The notes: generated by a model from the sequence alone, not told the origin. A stretch of DNA of 63,942 nt, filler included, from Hyphochytrium catenoides (GCA_900088475.1; 5 parts of 5 records of this genome joined end to end with filler, not necessarily neighbours in it), one strand, 5' to 3'; numbered from the whole stretch's first letter, positions 1 through 10,766 are shown. Translations and numbers: made by a program.

Positions 1-3000
1 CCTGTGTAGGTAACTCTGTCGGCGCTTCAGTCGGAAGCTGGGTAGGTGTCTCAGTAGGTGCTTCTGTAGCTGACTCTGTAGGCGCAACGCGGGGGTTCTC
101 TGTAGGCGCACCAGTATCTCCATCGGTAGGTGCTTCTGTACCCGCCACTGTGGGTGCTTCCGTCACTGTATTACTTGGCTCCTCATCAGGCTTGTCCGGG
201 AAGACCGCAGTAGGTGCCTGTGTAGGTAACTCTGTCGGCGCAATAGTCAGAAGCTGTGTAGGTGTCTCAGTAGGTGCGTCAGTGGGCGCTTCTGTTGGTG
301 CAACAGTCGGGTGTTCCGGAGGTGCCTCAGGACCTGCCTCAATGGGCTCTTCTGTCATTTTGTTACTTGGCTGCTCGCTCATTTCATCTGGGAATAGCCC
401 GGTAGGTGCCTCTGTAGGTAAATCAGTCGGCGCAACAGTCGGGAGCTGCGTAGGTATCTCGGTAGGTGTCTGAATAGGTGCGTTTGTAGCTGTCTCCGTT
501 GGCGCAACATCGGGGTTTTCCGAAGGTGCCTCCGTACCGCCCTCTGAAGGTGGTTCTGTCACTGTGTCCGTTGGCTCCTCGACTTGTGCATCGGGGAAAT
601 TTCCAGTTGGTGCGTGTGTAGGAACCTCTGTCGGCGCGATAGTTGGAAGCTGCGTAGGTGTTTCGATGGATGCCTCAGTAGGTACTTCTGTAGCTACCTC
701 GGTTGGTGCAATATTAGGGTTGACGGTAGGTGCTTCAGTAGCCGTCTCAGTAGGTGTCCCCGTCTCGTTGTCAGCTGGCTCCTCGCTTGATGCGTCTGGG
801 AAGACCCCAGTAGGTGGCTGTGCCGGTGACGCTGCTGGTGCAGTTGTTGGAACCGGCGTAGGTGTACCAATAGGTGTCTCAGACGCTCTCTCCGTTGGTG
901 CAACATTAGGGGTGTTCGTAGGTACTTCGGTGCTTTCCTCAGAAGGCCTTTCCGTCGCTGTGTCGGTTGGTTCATCGCTTGGTGTATCCGGGACAACTCC
1001 AGTGGGCGCCTCTGTAGGTAAACCTGTCCGCGCAGTTGTTGGAAGCTGCGTGGTTGTTTCAGTTGGTGCCTCGGTAGGTGCTTCAGAAGTTAACTCCGTC
1101 GGCGCCACAGCAGGGGTTCCTGCAGGTCCTTCAGTTCCCGCCTCAGTAGGTGCTGCCGTCACCGTATCAGCTGGCTTCTCAGTTGGTCCATCTGGAAAGA
1201 CTCCAGAAGGTGGCTGGATAGGAGGGAATTGCGTTGGCGCGATAGTCGGAAGCTGTGAAGGAGCCTCAGTAGGTACCGGGCTAGGTGTCTCTGTAGCTAA
1301 CACCGTTGGCTCCACAATGGGGTTTTCCCCAGGTGCTTCTGTAGGTGCCTCACCAGGTGCTTCCGTCACTATTTCAGTTGACTCCTCAGTAGGAAGGACC
1401 CCAGTAGGTGCCTGTGTAGGTATATCTGACGGTGCAATTGTTGGAAGCTGGGTAGGTGTTCCGGTAGGTGAATGACTTGTTGGCTCTGGAATTAGCTCCG
1501 TTGGCCAAACCGTGGGAGTTTCCGCAGGTGCTTCAGTATCTGCCTCAGTAGGTGGGTCCGTCACTGTGTTAGTTGGCTCGTCCTCAGATGCATCCGGGAA
1601 GAACCCAGTAGGTGCCTGTGTAGGTACCTCTGTCGATGCCATAGTTGGAAGATGCGTAGATGGATTAGTGGGTGCCTCGTTAGGTGCCTCTGTAGCTAAC
1701 TCCGTGGGTTCAACATAAGGATTGTCTGTAGGCGCTTCCGTACCCGTCCCAATAGGTGTTTCCGTACCCGTAGGTGCTTCCGTCTCTGTGTCTTTTGGCT
1801 CCTCGATTGGTGCCTCCGGAATGACCCCGGTAGGTGCCTCTGTAGGTATCTCGGTCGGCGTGATAGTCGGAGACTGGGGAGGGGGGACGGTAGGTGTCTC
1901 GATAGGTGCGTCTGTAGCTATCTCCGTCGGCGCAACGGTTGGATTTTCCGTCGGAACACTGATCGGAAGCTGGGTAGGAGCCTCAGAAGATACCTGGGTA
2001 GGTGCCTCTGTGGCTATCTCCGTGGGCGTAAAATATGGTTCCTTGGGAGGTGCTTCTGTAACCACCTCAGTGGGTGCTTCCGTCACTGTGGTGGTTGGCC
2101 CCTCGATTGGTGTATCAGGGAAGGCCGTAGTAGGTGCCTGTGTAGGTAACTCTGTCGACGCAATAGTTGGAAGCTGTGTACTTGCCTCAGTCGGTGCCTC
2201 AGTGGGGACATTTGTAGCCAACTCTGTTGGCTCAACATTGGTAGGTTTTGTAGGAATCTCGGTATCTATAGGTGCTTCCGTAACCTCCTCAGAAGGTTCT
2301 TCCGGCATCGCACTACTTGGCTTCTCATTTGGTGCATCTGGAAAGACCCCAGTAGGCAGCTGTGTAGGTAACTCTGTTGGCATCAAAGTCGGAAGCTGCG
2401 GAGGTGTCTGGGTAGTTGACTCGATCGGTGCGTCTGTAGCTATCTCTGTTGGCGCAACATCGGGTGCCTCGGTAGGTGCCTCTATAGCTACTTCGGTTGG
2501 TGCAACATAGGAGTACTCCGTAGGTGCTTCAGTAGTCGCCTCAGTCGGAGCTTCTGTCCCCGTGGTTGGCCCCTCGGTTGGTGCCGTAGGAAAGATTCCC
2601 GTAGGTGTGTATGTAGGTAAGGTAGTCGGTGCAACAGTCACAAGCTGTGTAGGTGTTACAGTAGGTGCTTCTGTAGGGAAGCCCATTGGTGTAGGTGCTT
2701 CGGTACCGGACTCATCAGGTGTTTCAGTCACTTTGTCAGTTGGCAACTCGCCCGGTGCGCCCGGAAAACCCCCCGTAGGTGTTGGGGTAGCTAATTCTGT
2801 TGGGATAATAGTCGGAACCTGCGTAGGTGTTTCGGTGGATACCGCATTAGGTGCCTCAGTCGCTACCTGCGATGGCGCAAGGGGAGGGTTGTCCGTAGGT
2901 GGTTCAGTGCCGGCCTCAACAGGTGCTTCCGTCGTTGTCTCGGATGGCGCGTCACCTGGTGCATCCGGAAACACCGCTGTAGGTGTCTCTGTAGGTGTCT

Positions 3001-6000
3001 CTGTCGGCGCGACGATTGGAACTGCTGTAGGTGTCTCACTAGGTTCCTCTGTAGCTACCTCGGTTGGGGCCAGGTTGGGGATCTCCGTATGTGCTTCAGT
3101 ACCCGCCTCCGTGGGCGCTGCCGTCACTGTACCACTCGGTTCCTCGCCCGGTACATCCGGGAAGACCCCAGTAGGTACCTCTGTAGGATATTCTGCCGGA
3201 GCATTAGTTGGAAGCTGTGTAGGTGGGTCGGTAGATGCATCCATAGGTGACTCTGTCGCTATCTCCGTTGGTGCAATGGTAGGGTTCTCCGTAGGTGCTT
3301 CAGTACCTACTTCAGTAGGTGGTCCAGCCACTATGCCACTTGGCTCCTGGCTCGGCGTATCCGTGAAGTGCCCGGTAGGTACCTGTGTAGGTAGCTCTGT
3401 CGGTGCAATAGTCAAGACCTGTGTAGGTGCATCCGTCGGTGCCTCTACAGCTACGTTCGTTGGCGCAACATCTGTGCTTTCCATAGGTGCTCCAGTACCT
3501 GCCTCAGAAGGCACTGCCGTCATTCTGTCAGTTGGCATATCATTTGGTACATCCGAGACGACGCCAGTAGGTGCCTGCGTATAGGACTCTGTCGGTGCAG
3601 TAGCTTGAACCGGTGTAGGTGCCTCAGCAGGTGTCTCAGTCGCTATCTCCGTTGGCGCAATGTTGATGTCTTTCGTAGGTGCTTCAGTACCGGCCTCTGA
3701 AGGTGATTCCGTTACAGTGTCGGCTGACTCATCGCTTGGTGCATTCGGAGGAATGACCCCAGTAGGTGTGCTCGTAGGTGGCGCAATAGTCGGATGCTGC
3801 AGGGGTGTCTCAGTAGCTGCCCCGGTAGGAGCTTCCGTAGCTACCTGTGTCGGTAACTGTGTCGGCGGAATACTTGGAAGCTGGGTGGATGTAGCCGTAG
3901 GTGTCTCAATAGGTGCGTTTGTAGCTATCTCCGTTGGAGCATCATTGGGCGGTTCGGTAGGTGCTTCAGTACCCATCACAGTAGGTGGTTCAGTCCCTGT
4001 GTTAGGTGGCCTTTCGGTTGGTACATCAGAAAGGACACCAGTAGGTACCTCTGAAGATAACTCAGTCGGCGCAATAGTCACAAGCTGCGTTGGTGTCTGG
4101 GTAGTTGTCTCAGTATGTCCCCCCGTAGATATCTCCGTCGGCGGAAGATTAGGGTCTTCCGTAGGTGCTACAGTACTCGCCCCAGTAGGTGCTTCCTTCA
4201 CTGTATCAGTTGGCTCCTCGTTTGGACCCTCCGGAAAGAACCCAGTAGGTGCGTGTGTAGGTAACGCCGTCGGCGCAAAAGTCAGAAACTGCGTAGGTGT
4301 TGCAGTAGGTGCCTCAAGAGGTGCCTCAGTAGGTGTTTCTGAAGTTAAGTCCGTTGGTGCAACATTAGCGCTGTCGGCAGGTGTTTCCGTACCCGCCTCC
4401 GTAGGTGCTTCCGTAGCCCCAAGAGTGGGTCCCGCCGTTACTATGTGAGTTGGTTCTTCGATTGGTGCATCCGGGAAATCCGCTGTAGGTGCCTCTGTAG
4501 GTAACTGTGTCGGCGCGACAACTGGATTTTGTGTAGGTGCTGCAGTAGGTGGCTCAATAGGTGTCTCAGTAGGTGTCTCTGTACCTGACTCCGTTGGGGC
4601 CGCGCTGAGGATCTCCGTTGGTGCTTCGATACCTACTGCAGAAGGTGGCACTGTACCTAACTCGGTTGGCACAACATTGGGATTTCCCGTAGGCGCTTCG
4701 TTACCCATCTCACTGGGCACATCCGTCACTGTGCCAGTTGGCTCTTCAATCGGTGCTTGAGTAGCTAGCTCTGTCGGCACGATACTTGGAATATGTGTAG
4801 GTGCCTCAATAGGTCCCTGTGTAGCTAATGCTGTTGGCGCTGCGTTGGGCGTTTCCGTAGGCGCTTCAGTACCCACCCCAGTAGGTGCTTCCGTCACTGT
4901 ATTATTCGGCTCCTCGCTTGGTGCGTGGGGAAAGTTGCCAGTAGGTGCCTCTGTAGGGAGCTGTATTGGCACAGTTGTCGGAAGATGGGTAGATGTCTCT
5001 ATAGGTGCTTCTGTAGGTGTCTCTGTAGCCAATTCGGTTGGAGCAATAGCGGCGGTTTCACTAGGTGCTTCACTTCCCGCTTCAGAAGGTGTTTCCGTCA
5101 CTGTGACAGCCGGCCCCTCGCTTGGTGCATCAGGAAAGACCCCAGCAGGTGCCTGTGAAGGTAACGCTGTCGGTGTGACAGTCGAGGGCTGGGTAGTTGT
5201 CTCTGTAGGTGCCTCTGTAGCTACGTCGGTTGGTGCAACAATAGGGTTGTCCGTAGCCAAATCAGTACCCGCCTCAATCGTAGGTGCCTGTGTATTTACC
5301 TGTGTCGGTGCAATGGTGGGGAGCTGCGTAGGGGTATGGGTAGGCGCCTCAGTAGACGCCTCCGTAGCTACCTTCGTTGGCACAGCGTCGGGAATTTCCG
5401 TAGGTGCGCCGGTACCCGCCTCGGTAGGTGCTTCAGTACCCGCATCAGTAGGCGCTTCTGTCGCTGTGTCCGTCGGCTCAAGCTGCGTAGGTGTGGCGGT
5501 TGGTGCTTGGATAGGTGCCTCTGTAGCTAACTCCGAGGGAACAACGGGGATTTCCGTTGGTGCTTCAGTACCAATCTCAATAGGTGCTTCCGTCACTATG
5601 TTAGTTGGCTCCTCGCTTGGTGCATCCGGCAAGAACTCAGTAGGTGCCTCTATAGGTAACTCGGTTGGTGACGTAGTAAGAGTAGGTGTAGGTGTCTCAG
5701 TGGTTGCCGCAGTAGGTGCTTCAGAACCGCCCTCAGCAGGTACTTCCGTAACTGGTTCGGTCGGCTCCTCTTCTGGTGCTTCCGGGAATACTCCAGTGGG
5801 TACCTGTGTAGGTAACTGCGTAGGTGTCTCAGTGGGTGCTTCAGTAGGTGCCCTTGAGGCTAATTCCGTTGGTGCAAGATTGGCATCTTCCGCAGGTGCT
5901 TCGGTACTCGCACCAGTCGGTGCTTCCGTCACACTCTCAGTGGGCTCCTCGCTTGGTGCATTTGGAGTGACCCCAGCAGGCTGTGTAGGCTGCTCTGTCA

Positions 6001-6060
6001 GCCCCATAGTCGGCAGCTGTGTTAATGTCTCAGTAGGTGCCTGTGTAGGTACCTCGCTTG
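1..6060 (-). repeat. Coding higher-order tandem repeat (~192-204 bp, 64-68 aa) built from 12-bp PTxx units
   Basis: The anchor encoding PTG(V/I/F)FPDxxSEEP recurs at + positions 198, 390, 594, 798, 990, 1194 (spacings 192/204/204/192/204) and continues with drift to about 6 kb. Confidence 0.85.
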
Positions 6061-8281
6061 GCGCAACATTAAGGTCGTCCGTAGGTGCTCTGGTACCGGT
6101 CGCAGTAGGTACTATCGTCGCTGTCTCGGTTGGTATATCGGTAGTAGGTGACTCGCTTGGGTCACCAGTGGGTGTCTGTGTAGGTACCCCTGTTGGTGTG
6201 AAAGGAGGCTCCTTTGTAGAGGCCTCAGTACCCTCTTCGGCAGGCGCTTCCGACACTTGTTCGGTTGTCGTCTCGACTGTCGGGTCTGTTGGAATTGTGG
6301 TAGGGATCGCTGTATGTAGCTCTGTGGGCGCCGTGGTCGGAGTCTCTGTAGGGGCGTCAGTAGGCGAGTTTGTGACTTCTGGCGGAGAACTAGATTGTCC
6401 TTCTGCAGGTATTTCAGAAGCTGCCTGAGTCGGTAATACTGTCATGTCTGTCGGTGCATCAGCGGAGTTCCCAGTAGGCACATAAGTAGGTGGTTCTGTA
6501 GGCAGCGCAGGAGCGTGTGTGGGGGCCTCAGGAGATGCCTCTGTAACGATCACCTGTGTTGGTGCTACCCCTGTAGGTGCCTCTGTTGGTACTGCAGTAG
6601 CTAGCTCTGTAGGTGAGTTTGTGGCTGCCTCAGTGGGAGTCAGTAACTCCGTTGGAACGTCATGAGGCGCTTCCGTAGGTTTATTTGTGGGCGCAAGGGT
6701 TGGTGCCATTGGATCAGCTGGAGTCTCATTAGAGTACTCTATAGAGGGCTCGATAGGAGCTTCGACTGGTGCCTCCGTTGGTAGCTGGGCAGACGGTGTC
6801 CCAGTAGGTGTTCCTGCTGTTGGAGCTGGGTCATGAGCTATCTCAGTAGGTGTCTCTGTCGTTGTTTCCGTTGGGATTTCTACAGTAGGTTTATTTGTTC
6901 GGATGGGAGCAGATGCCTCTGTAATTAGCTCTGTAGGCGTAATGGAAGATGTCTCGGTAGGACTTTCTGCCGGTACCTCTGGAGAGCTATCTGTACCTAA
7001 CTCTGTTGGTACTATGACTGGAGCCTCAGTTGAGAGCTGTGTAGGTATTTCTGCCGGGATGACTGTATACGGCTGTGGCGGCGGAAGACTTGATGCCTCC
7101 GTAGGGCTCTCCGTAGGTAACAGATTAGATCCTCCGGTGGGTGTCCCTGTTGGCTGCGGCATGGGGGTTCCTGCTGGAGTTTCTGTGTATGCCTCAGAGG
7201 GAAGCGCGGTTGGCCCACTTGTAGGTGCTGCACTTGCGTTGCCAGCGTAACCTGGGTCGTCTGGCTGTGTGGGTAGCATTGTGGGTGGTGAGGTCGTTGT
7301 TGCCTCTGCAGGTGTCTCAATAGACGTAGGTCTCTCGGTTGGTGAGAGATTTGATCCGTCTGTAGGTGTCTGGGTAACGATCTCCGAAGGTGCTTCCGTT
7401 GGTACAACGGCAGTGGCCGGACCGGTTGGCGGTGCACTAGGGATAAGGATAGCCCCTTGAGTGGGCCCGACGGAAGGTAAGGAACTGGGCTCAGCTGTTG
7501 CAGTGTCATTACTGCTGTCTACAGGGCCCTGACTAGGTAAGAGAATTGCCCCTTGCGTTGGCCCAACTGTCACCACCGGCATGTCGGATGCTGATTCTGT
7601 CACTGCATCCGTGGGGCTCGGCGACGTTGACGGGAGACTAGTGCGGCTATCGGAATGCTCAGATGTGGGCTGAGTGGGCAAGGGCTGAGTAGGTTCTTGA
7701 ATGGGCTCCGGCGCAAGGGTGGAAGTGGGAGTCTCACCAGGTTCGTCTGCTGGAGCATTAGTTGACGGCACAGACACATTGCTTAATGGAGAAGGGGTCG
7801 CTGTTGGGTCTACCGTCGGCGTCAAAGCTGATGGTACTATAGGTCCTGTTGGCATGCCACTGGGGTATTCTGACGGCCCGGATGAGACCTGGCCTGTGGG
7901 TGTAGCGGTGGTTGGTAGACCTTCATGGCTCTCTGCAGGCTGGCTAGTTGTTGGGATTACCGTGGTCGGAGAAATGGTGTGACTTGCTGAAGGGCTGATA
8001 GTCACTACTGGTGGCAGGGTGGTTGGATAAGGGGTAGGTGCAGGAGTTGTACTTGGCCTCTTCTTTTTCCATACCAAGGTTGGAGCAGCCATTACGGGAG
8101 CCGCAGTAATGGGATCGGCTGCAGCGAGGTGTAGCGGCTCGCTACTTGAGTTAGAGGTAGAATTGAAGTCGAGAGAGACCTCCTGCAAGCGCCTCCTTCG
8201 CCTTGGCACGGAGCGTTCAGCTAGGTCGGCTGTCGCCACTGCTAAAAGTGCTAACAGCGCGGCCACATGTTGGAGCTTCAT
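1..8281 (-). CDS. Giant secreted mucin-like Pro/Thr/Glu tandem-repeat (PT-repeat) protein, >=2760 aa, runs off the left edge
   Basis: ATG at 8281 gives MKLQHVAALLALLAVATA (signal peptide) DLAERSVPRRRRRLQEV..., then PTxx repeats. The same frame reads TEAPTELPTQ at positions 31-2. It is absent from the ORF track, which fits having no stop inside the window. All V/G/S-rich + strand shadow ORFs from 150 to 8309 keep one frame. Confidence 0.92.
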   Translation of the reverse strand, partial: MKLQHVAALLALLAVATADLAERSVPRRRRRLQEVSLDFNSTSNSSSEPLHLAAADPITAAPVMAAPTLVWKKKRPSTTPAPTPYPTTLPPVVTISPSASHTISPTTVIPTTSQPAESHEGLPTTATPTGQVSSGPSEYPSGMPTGPIVPSALTPTVDPTATPSPLSNVSVPSTNAPADEPGETPTSTLAPEPIQEPTQPLPTQPTSEHSDSRTSLPSTSPSPTDAVTESASDMPVVTVGPTQGAILLPSQGPVDSSNDTATAEPSSLPSVGPTQGAILIPSAPPTGPATAVVPTEAPSEIVTQTPTDGSNLSPTERPTSIETPAEATTTSPPTMLPTQPDDPGYAGNASAAPTSGPTALPSEAYTETPAGTPMPQPTGTPTGGSNLLPTESPTEASSLPPPQPYTVIPAEIPTQLSTEAPVIVPTELGTDSSPEVPAESPTETSSITPTELITEASAPIRTNKPTVEIPTETTTETPTEIAHDPAPTAGTPTGTPSAQLPTEAPVEAPIEPSIEYSNETPADPMAPTLAPTNKPTEAPHDVPTELLTPTEAATNSPTELATAVPTEAPTGVAPTQVIVTEASPEAPTHAPALPTEPPTYVPTGNSADAPTDMTVLPTQAASEIPAEGQSSSPPEVTNSPTDAPTETPTTAPTELHTAIPTTIPTDPTVETTTEQVSEAPAEEGTEASTKEPPFTPTGVPTQTPTGDPSESPTTDIPTETATIVPTATGTRAPTDDLNVAPSEVPTQAPTETLTQLPTMGLTEQPTQPAGVTPNAPSEEPTESVTEAPTGASTEAPAEDANLAPTELASRAPTEAPTETPTQLPTQVPTGVFPEAPEEEPTEPVTEVPAEGGSEAPTAATTETPTPTLTTSPTELPIEAPTEFLPDAPSEEPTNIVTEAPIEIGTEAPTEIPVVPSELATEAPIQAPTATPTQLEPTDTATEAPTDAGTEAPTEAGTGAPTEIPDAVPTKVATEASTEAPTHTPTQLPTIAPTQVNTQAPTIEAGTDLATDNPIVAPTDVATEAPTETTTQPSTVTPTALPSQAPAGVFPDAPSEGPAVTVTETPSEAGSEAPSETAAIAPTELATETPTEAPIETSTHLPTTVPIQLPTEAPTGNFPHAPSEEPNNTVTEAPTGVGTEAPTETPNAAPTALATQGPIEAPTHIPSIVPTELATQAPIEEPTGTVTDVPSEMGNEAPTGNPNVVPTELGTVPPSAVGIEAPTEILSAAPTESGTETPTETPIEPPTAAPTQNPVVAPTQLPTEAPTADFPDAPIEEPTHIVTAGPTLGATEAPTEAGTETPADSANVAPTDLTSETPTEAPLEAPTATPTQFLTFAPTALPTHAPTGFFPEGPNEEPTDTVKEAPTGASTVAPTEDPNLPPTEISTGGHTETTTQTPTQLVTIAPTELSSEVPTGVLSDVPTERPPNTGTEPPTVMGTEAPTEPPNDAPTEIATNAPIETPTATSTQLPSIPPTQLPTQVATEAPTGAATETPLQHPTIAPPTSTPTGVIPPNAPSDESADTVTESPSEAGTEAPTKDINIAPTEIATETPAEAPTPVQATAPTESYTQAPTGVVSDVPNDMPTDRMTAVPSEAGTGAPMESTDVAPTNVAVEAPTDAPTQVLTIAPTELPTQVPTGHFTDTPSQEPSGIVAGPPTEVGTEAPTENPTIAPTEIATESPMDASTDPPTQLPTNAPAEYPTEVPTGVFPDVPGEEPSGTVTAAPTEAGTEAHTEIPNLAPTEVATEEPSETPTAVPIVAPTETPTETPTAVFPDAPGDAPSETTTEAPVEAGTEPPTDNPPLAPSQVATEAPNAVSTETPTQVPTIIPTELATPTPTGGFPGAPGELPTDKVTETPDESGTEAPTPMGFPTEAPTVTPTQLVTVAPTTLPTYTPTGIFPTAPTEGPTTGTEAPTEATTEAPTEYSYVAPTEVAIEAPTEAPDVAPTEIATDAPIESTTQTPPQLPTLMPTELPTQLPTGVFPDAPNEKPSSAMPEEPSEEVTEAPIDTEIPTKPTNVEPTELATNVPTEAPTEASTQLPTIASTELPTQAPTTAFPDTPIEGPTTTVTEAPTEVVTEAPPKEPYFTPTEIATEAPTQVSSEAPTQLPISVPTENPTVAPTEIATDAPIETPTVPPPQSPTITPTEIPTEAPTGVIPEAPIEEPKDTETEAPTGTETPIGTGTEAPTDNPYVEPTELATEAPNEAPTNPSTHLPTMASTEVPTQAPTGFFPDASEDEPTNTVTDPPTEADTEAPAETPTVWPTELIPEPTSHSPTGTPTQLPTIAPSDIPTQAPTGVLPTEESTEIVTEAPGEAPTEAPGENPIVEPTVLATETPSPVPTEAPSQLPTIAPTQFPPIQPPSGVFPDGPTEKPADTVTAAPTEAGTEGPAGTPAVAPTELTSEAPTEAPTETTTQLPTTARTGLPTEAPTGVVPDTPSDEPTDTATERPSEESTEVPTNTPNVAPTERASETPIGTPTPVPTTAPAASPAQPPTGVFPDASSEEPADNETGTPTETATEAPTVNPNIAPTEVATEVPTEASIETPTQLPTIAPTEVPTHAPTGNFPDAQVEEPTDTVTEPPSEGGTEAPSENPDVAPTETATNAPIQTPTEIPTQLPTVAPTDLPTEAPTGLFPDEMSEQPSNKMTEEPIEAGPEAPPEHPTVAPTEAPTDAPTETPTQLLTIAPTELPTQAPTAVFPDKPDEEPSNTVTEAPTVAGTEAPTDGDTGAPTENPRVAPTESATEAPTETPTQLPTEAPTELPTQ

Positions 8282-9949
8282 TTTGAGCTCTGCCTTGAGT
8301 CACACGTGACCGGATTGGAGTCCTGTGGAAGTTTGACCCCTGATGGCGACGCCAAGTATAAAGGTGGATTGGACCTCAAGTGTGCTCTAAGAGAAGGTTT
8401 TAGAGGTATTCCTTAGATGCGAAGAACCTATGAATCCTGAAAGTTTAGGAGTGAACGGTAATTGCTCTTCGTTCGGCAATCATCTGCTCTTCTTGCACAA
8501 AGGGCATGTACGCTCAAGGATGATCAGCACTTCAGCATAACTCTTGCAACTCTAGTGCGGAGGTAGGGAACAATTTACAATTCTCAAGCTCTTCTCTGTC
8601 CTGAAGATGGCGACATCACTCTCAGCTCGACAACCAACCAGGCTGAACACTCACCCTTCCAGATGCATCAGTAAGAATTGATACTCTGTACGAATAGAAG
8701 CCGAAACGGCTTCTAAGGACATAACACTTCGTGTGCTCTACAACTTTTAAACCTTTCGAGAGCAATTGAGCAAACTAAGAATCTTAGGTCAGGCATCTGG
8801 TGCATGCGGCTTCTCCAACCTCTGGACTCTGACGGCCAGGCAAGGGGATGGTGAGAGAAACTGCCCTTCGCTATTCCTTTGTACTGCGCCTTTCTCGTCC
8901 GTCTTAGCCTTCCATTACGTACCATGTCCTTGATGTGTGCCATCCCGCCATCGCTCCACTAGCTTATATATCATCGCCTTAGGGATCATCGGCTGGCTGT
9001 CTACCTGTCTTGGACATCCTGCTGCCCATCAACAACTCCACAGCGAAACAGCATCAGAACAACCTTTCAGAACACGCCTCAAAGTTCCCACCTTCTGAGA
9101 AATCTTTCCCAGTGCTCTTGTCCCTATGGACCACAGTTGGATTGTGTTCCTTTCTTTCCTGAATCTTTCACAGGGTGAAGGTTTCTCCCAGAGAGGTTGT
9201 GTAACGGATGGATTTGACAGGCCAGACATCATCTGCTTGCCAGACATCATCTGCGGCAGCTCCTGCAGCCCCAACCAACGTCACCTCGGAGAGGTAGACC
9301 TAAGACTGGTACAAAAGCTCTAGTCGCCTCGAAGACGCTTAAAGAGAGACAGGCCGCAGTAGGCAGTATATGGTGTATGCGGTGGAACTACATTCCTCAC
9401 AACGAGGTCGCTCGCCGCTACAAGTACGCGGACATCGTGAACAACACGTCGGCAGCTACTACTGATCACTAATCACATGTCAGGAGGCTCTGAAAGATGC
9501 AGACATTCTCTTCCTCAAGTCCAAGCGAGCCGTGCTTCCGTTTCCTGTACGTGACAGGCCTGTTTCCCCTCATTGTACCTCATCCACCTCCTCACATCTA
9601 TCTCATCAACGTCCTCCTGTCAAAGCTTGAGAAGGCTTGCTGATGAGTATCGTTTGGGTATTACCAGACTGCAAAGAGTTATCCCGGTACGACTGAACCG
9701 GCGGTTCTTCTGTACCGTCCAAGTAGGTGCAGTAGTTGAACAATTGCCCCATTAGATCTCTTGCAGGACCCACCTCTTCAGAGTTCACTAACGGCACCAG
9801 CCCTCTCATTCCTTTCTCTCTGCGCCATCCCTGACATCTACTAGGTTAGGCTCTTCAAAGTGAAGAGAACCTCTTAATGATCTTCCACAAGTCTCTTCTG
9901 CGGCACATCATGACACGAGATGAGTTCTAAATTTACGTCTTTATTCTCA

Positions 9950-10766
9950 TCAGAGATGCTGATCCTCAGGCCAAAGTGAAATCTCTCTCCAAAGAGGAAG
10001 GAAACAAGGCAGACACTCCACTCCAAATTCACTATGATGTTGAGCGATACCTTCAAGAACTCGCTCGCCAAGCTTCGTCTGTAAGTCTTTCCTATCTCTT
10101 GAAAGGCTCCTCTCATCAAGCAGACAGTAAAAGTCGCCAATGTTCACAAAAGGCGTGGCAGTTGAGGTTGCCACCCTTTCCCAGAAGGAAGGGCTGTCTA
10201 AGCCTGATCACGGGATATCGTCACACCAGAGACGGCAAGAGATGATATTCTGAAGACAACCTTTCCATACCTTGTGGTGAAGAGGCTATGAGAATAAGGA
10301 CGTCCGATGACCGTCGAACCCATCGCACAAGGTCCACAAATGCCTGATAGTCTTGCCCGTCGTTTTGTACTTTACCCTGGGAAGTTTTGGAGTCCGGGGC
10401 GCGAAAGACCACTAAACAGAGGCTTCTTTCTGCCTTGCTACTGGCTACTATTGATTTGTCGTCGATGTAAGGGGATGGGCTTGGGAACACCTTCTGAGCG
10501 AAAGATAAGGCTTGTCTGTCGGTGTGTAGAGTGTCCGCCGATGGAGTCAAATTTAGTAAAACAGGACGGACCTCAAATAGCACCTCCTCCTACCTAGCAG
10601 TGCATCCAGGAAATCCCCTGGCCAGAATGTCCGCCTTTCTTTGATAAGTATTAGCTATTTCTGCACCCCAAGAGACTCCCGGAGAGAATGCCTTTGCAAC
10701 TGCGTCATCCCCGAGAAGAATGATCTTGGGCAGGCTGGTTGTCCATGGGGTCTCATCAAGATCCAT
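9950..10766 (-). CDS. IAH1-like SGNH/GDSL hydrolase homologue, catalytic residues substituted (3 exons)
   Basis: Spliced by eye: MDLDETPWTTSLPKIILLGDDAVAKAFSPGVSWGAEIANTYQRKADILARGFPGCTAR|QALSFAQKVFP...CLVVFRAPDS...|...LPCFLPLWREI. This follows the IAH1 pattern LFGDSIT..F...WGA.LA....RK.D.LNRGFSGYN.R / FFGANDS / LPYWRDV. Introns are GT-AG. Confidence 0.75.

Noticed and set aside
150-8309. Long + strand Val/Gly/Ser/Ala ORFs (up to 527 aa)
   Set aside because: They are antisense shadows of the minus-strand PT-repeat gene: all in one frame and broken by scattered stops.
8600-9840. Exon-like fragments on both strands and a 15-bp duplication CCAGACATCATCTGC (~9222-9255)
   Set aside because: I could not assemble a consistent spliced frame or recognise a domain. 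A small gene may exist but is unsupported.
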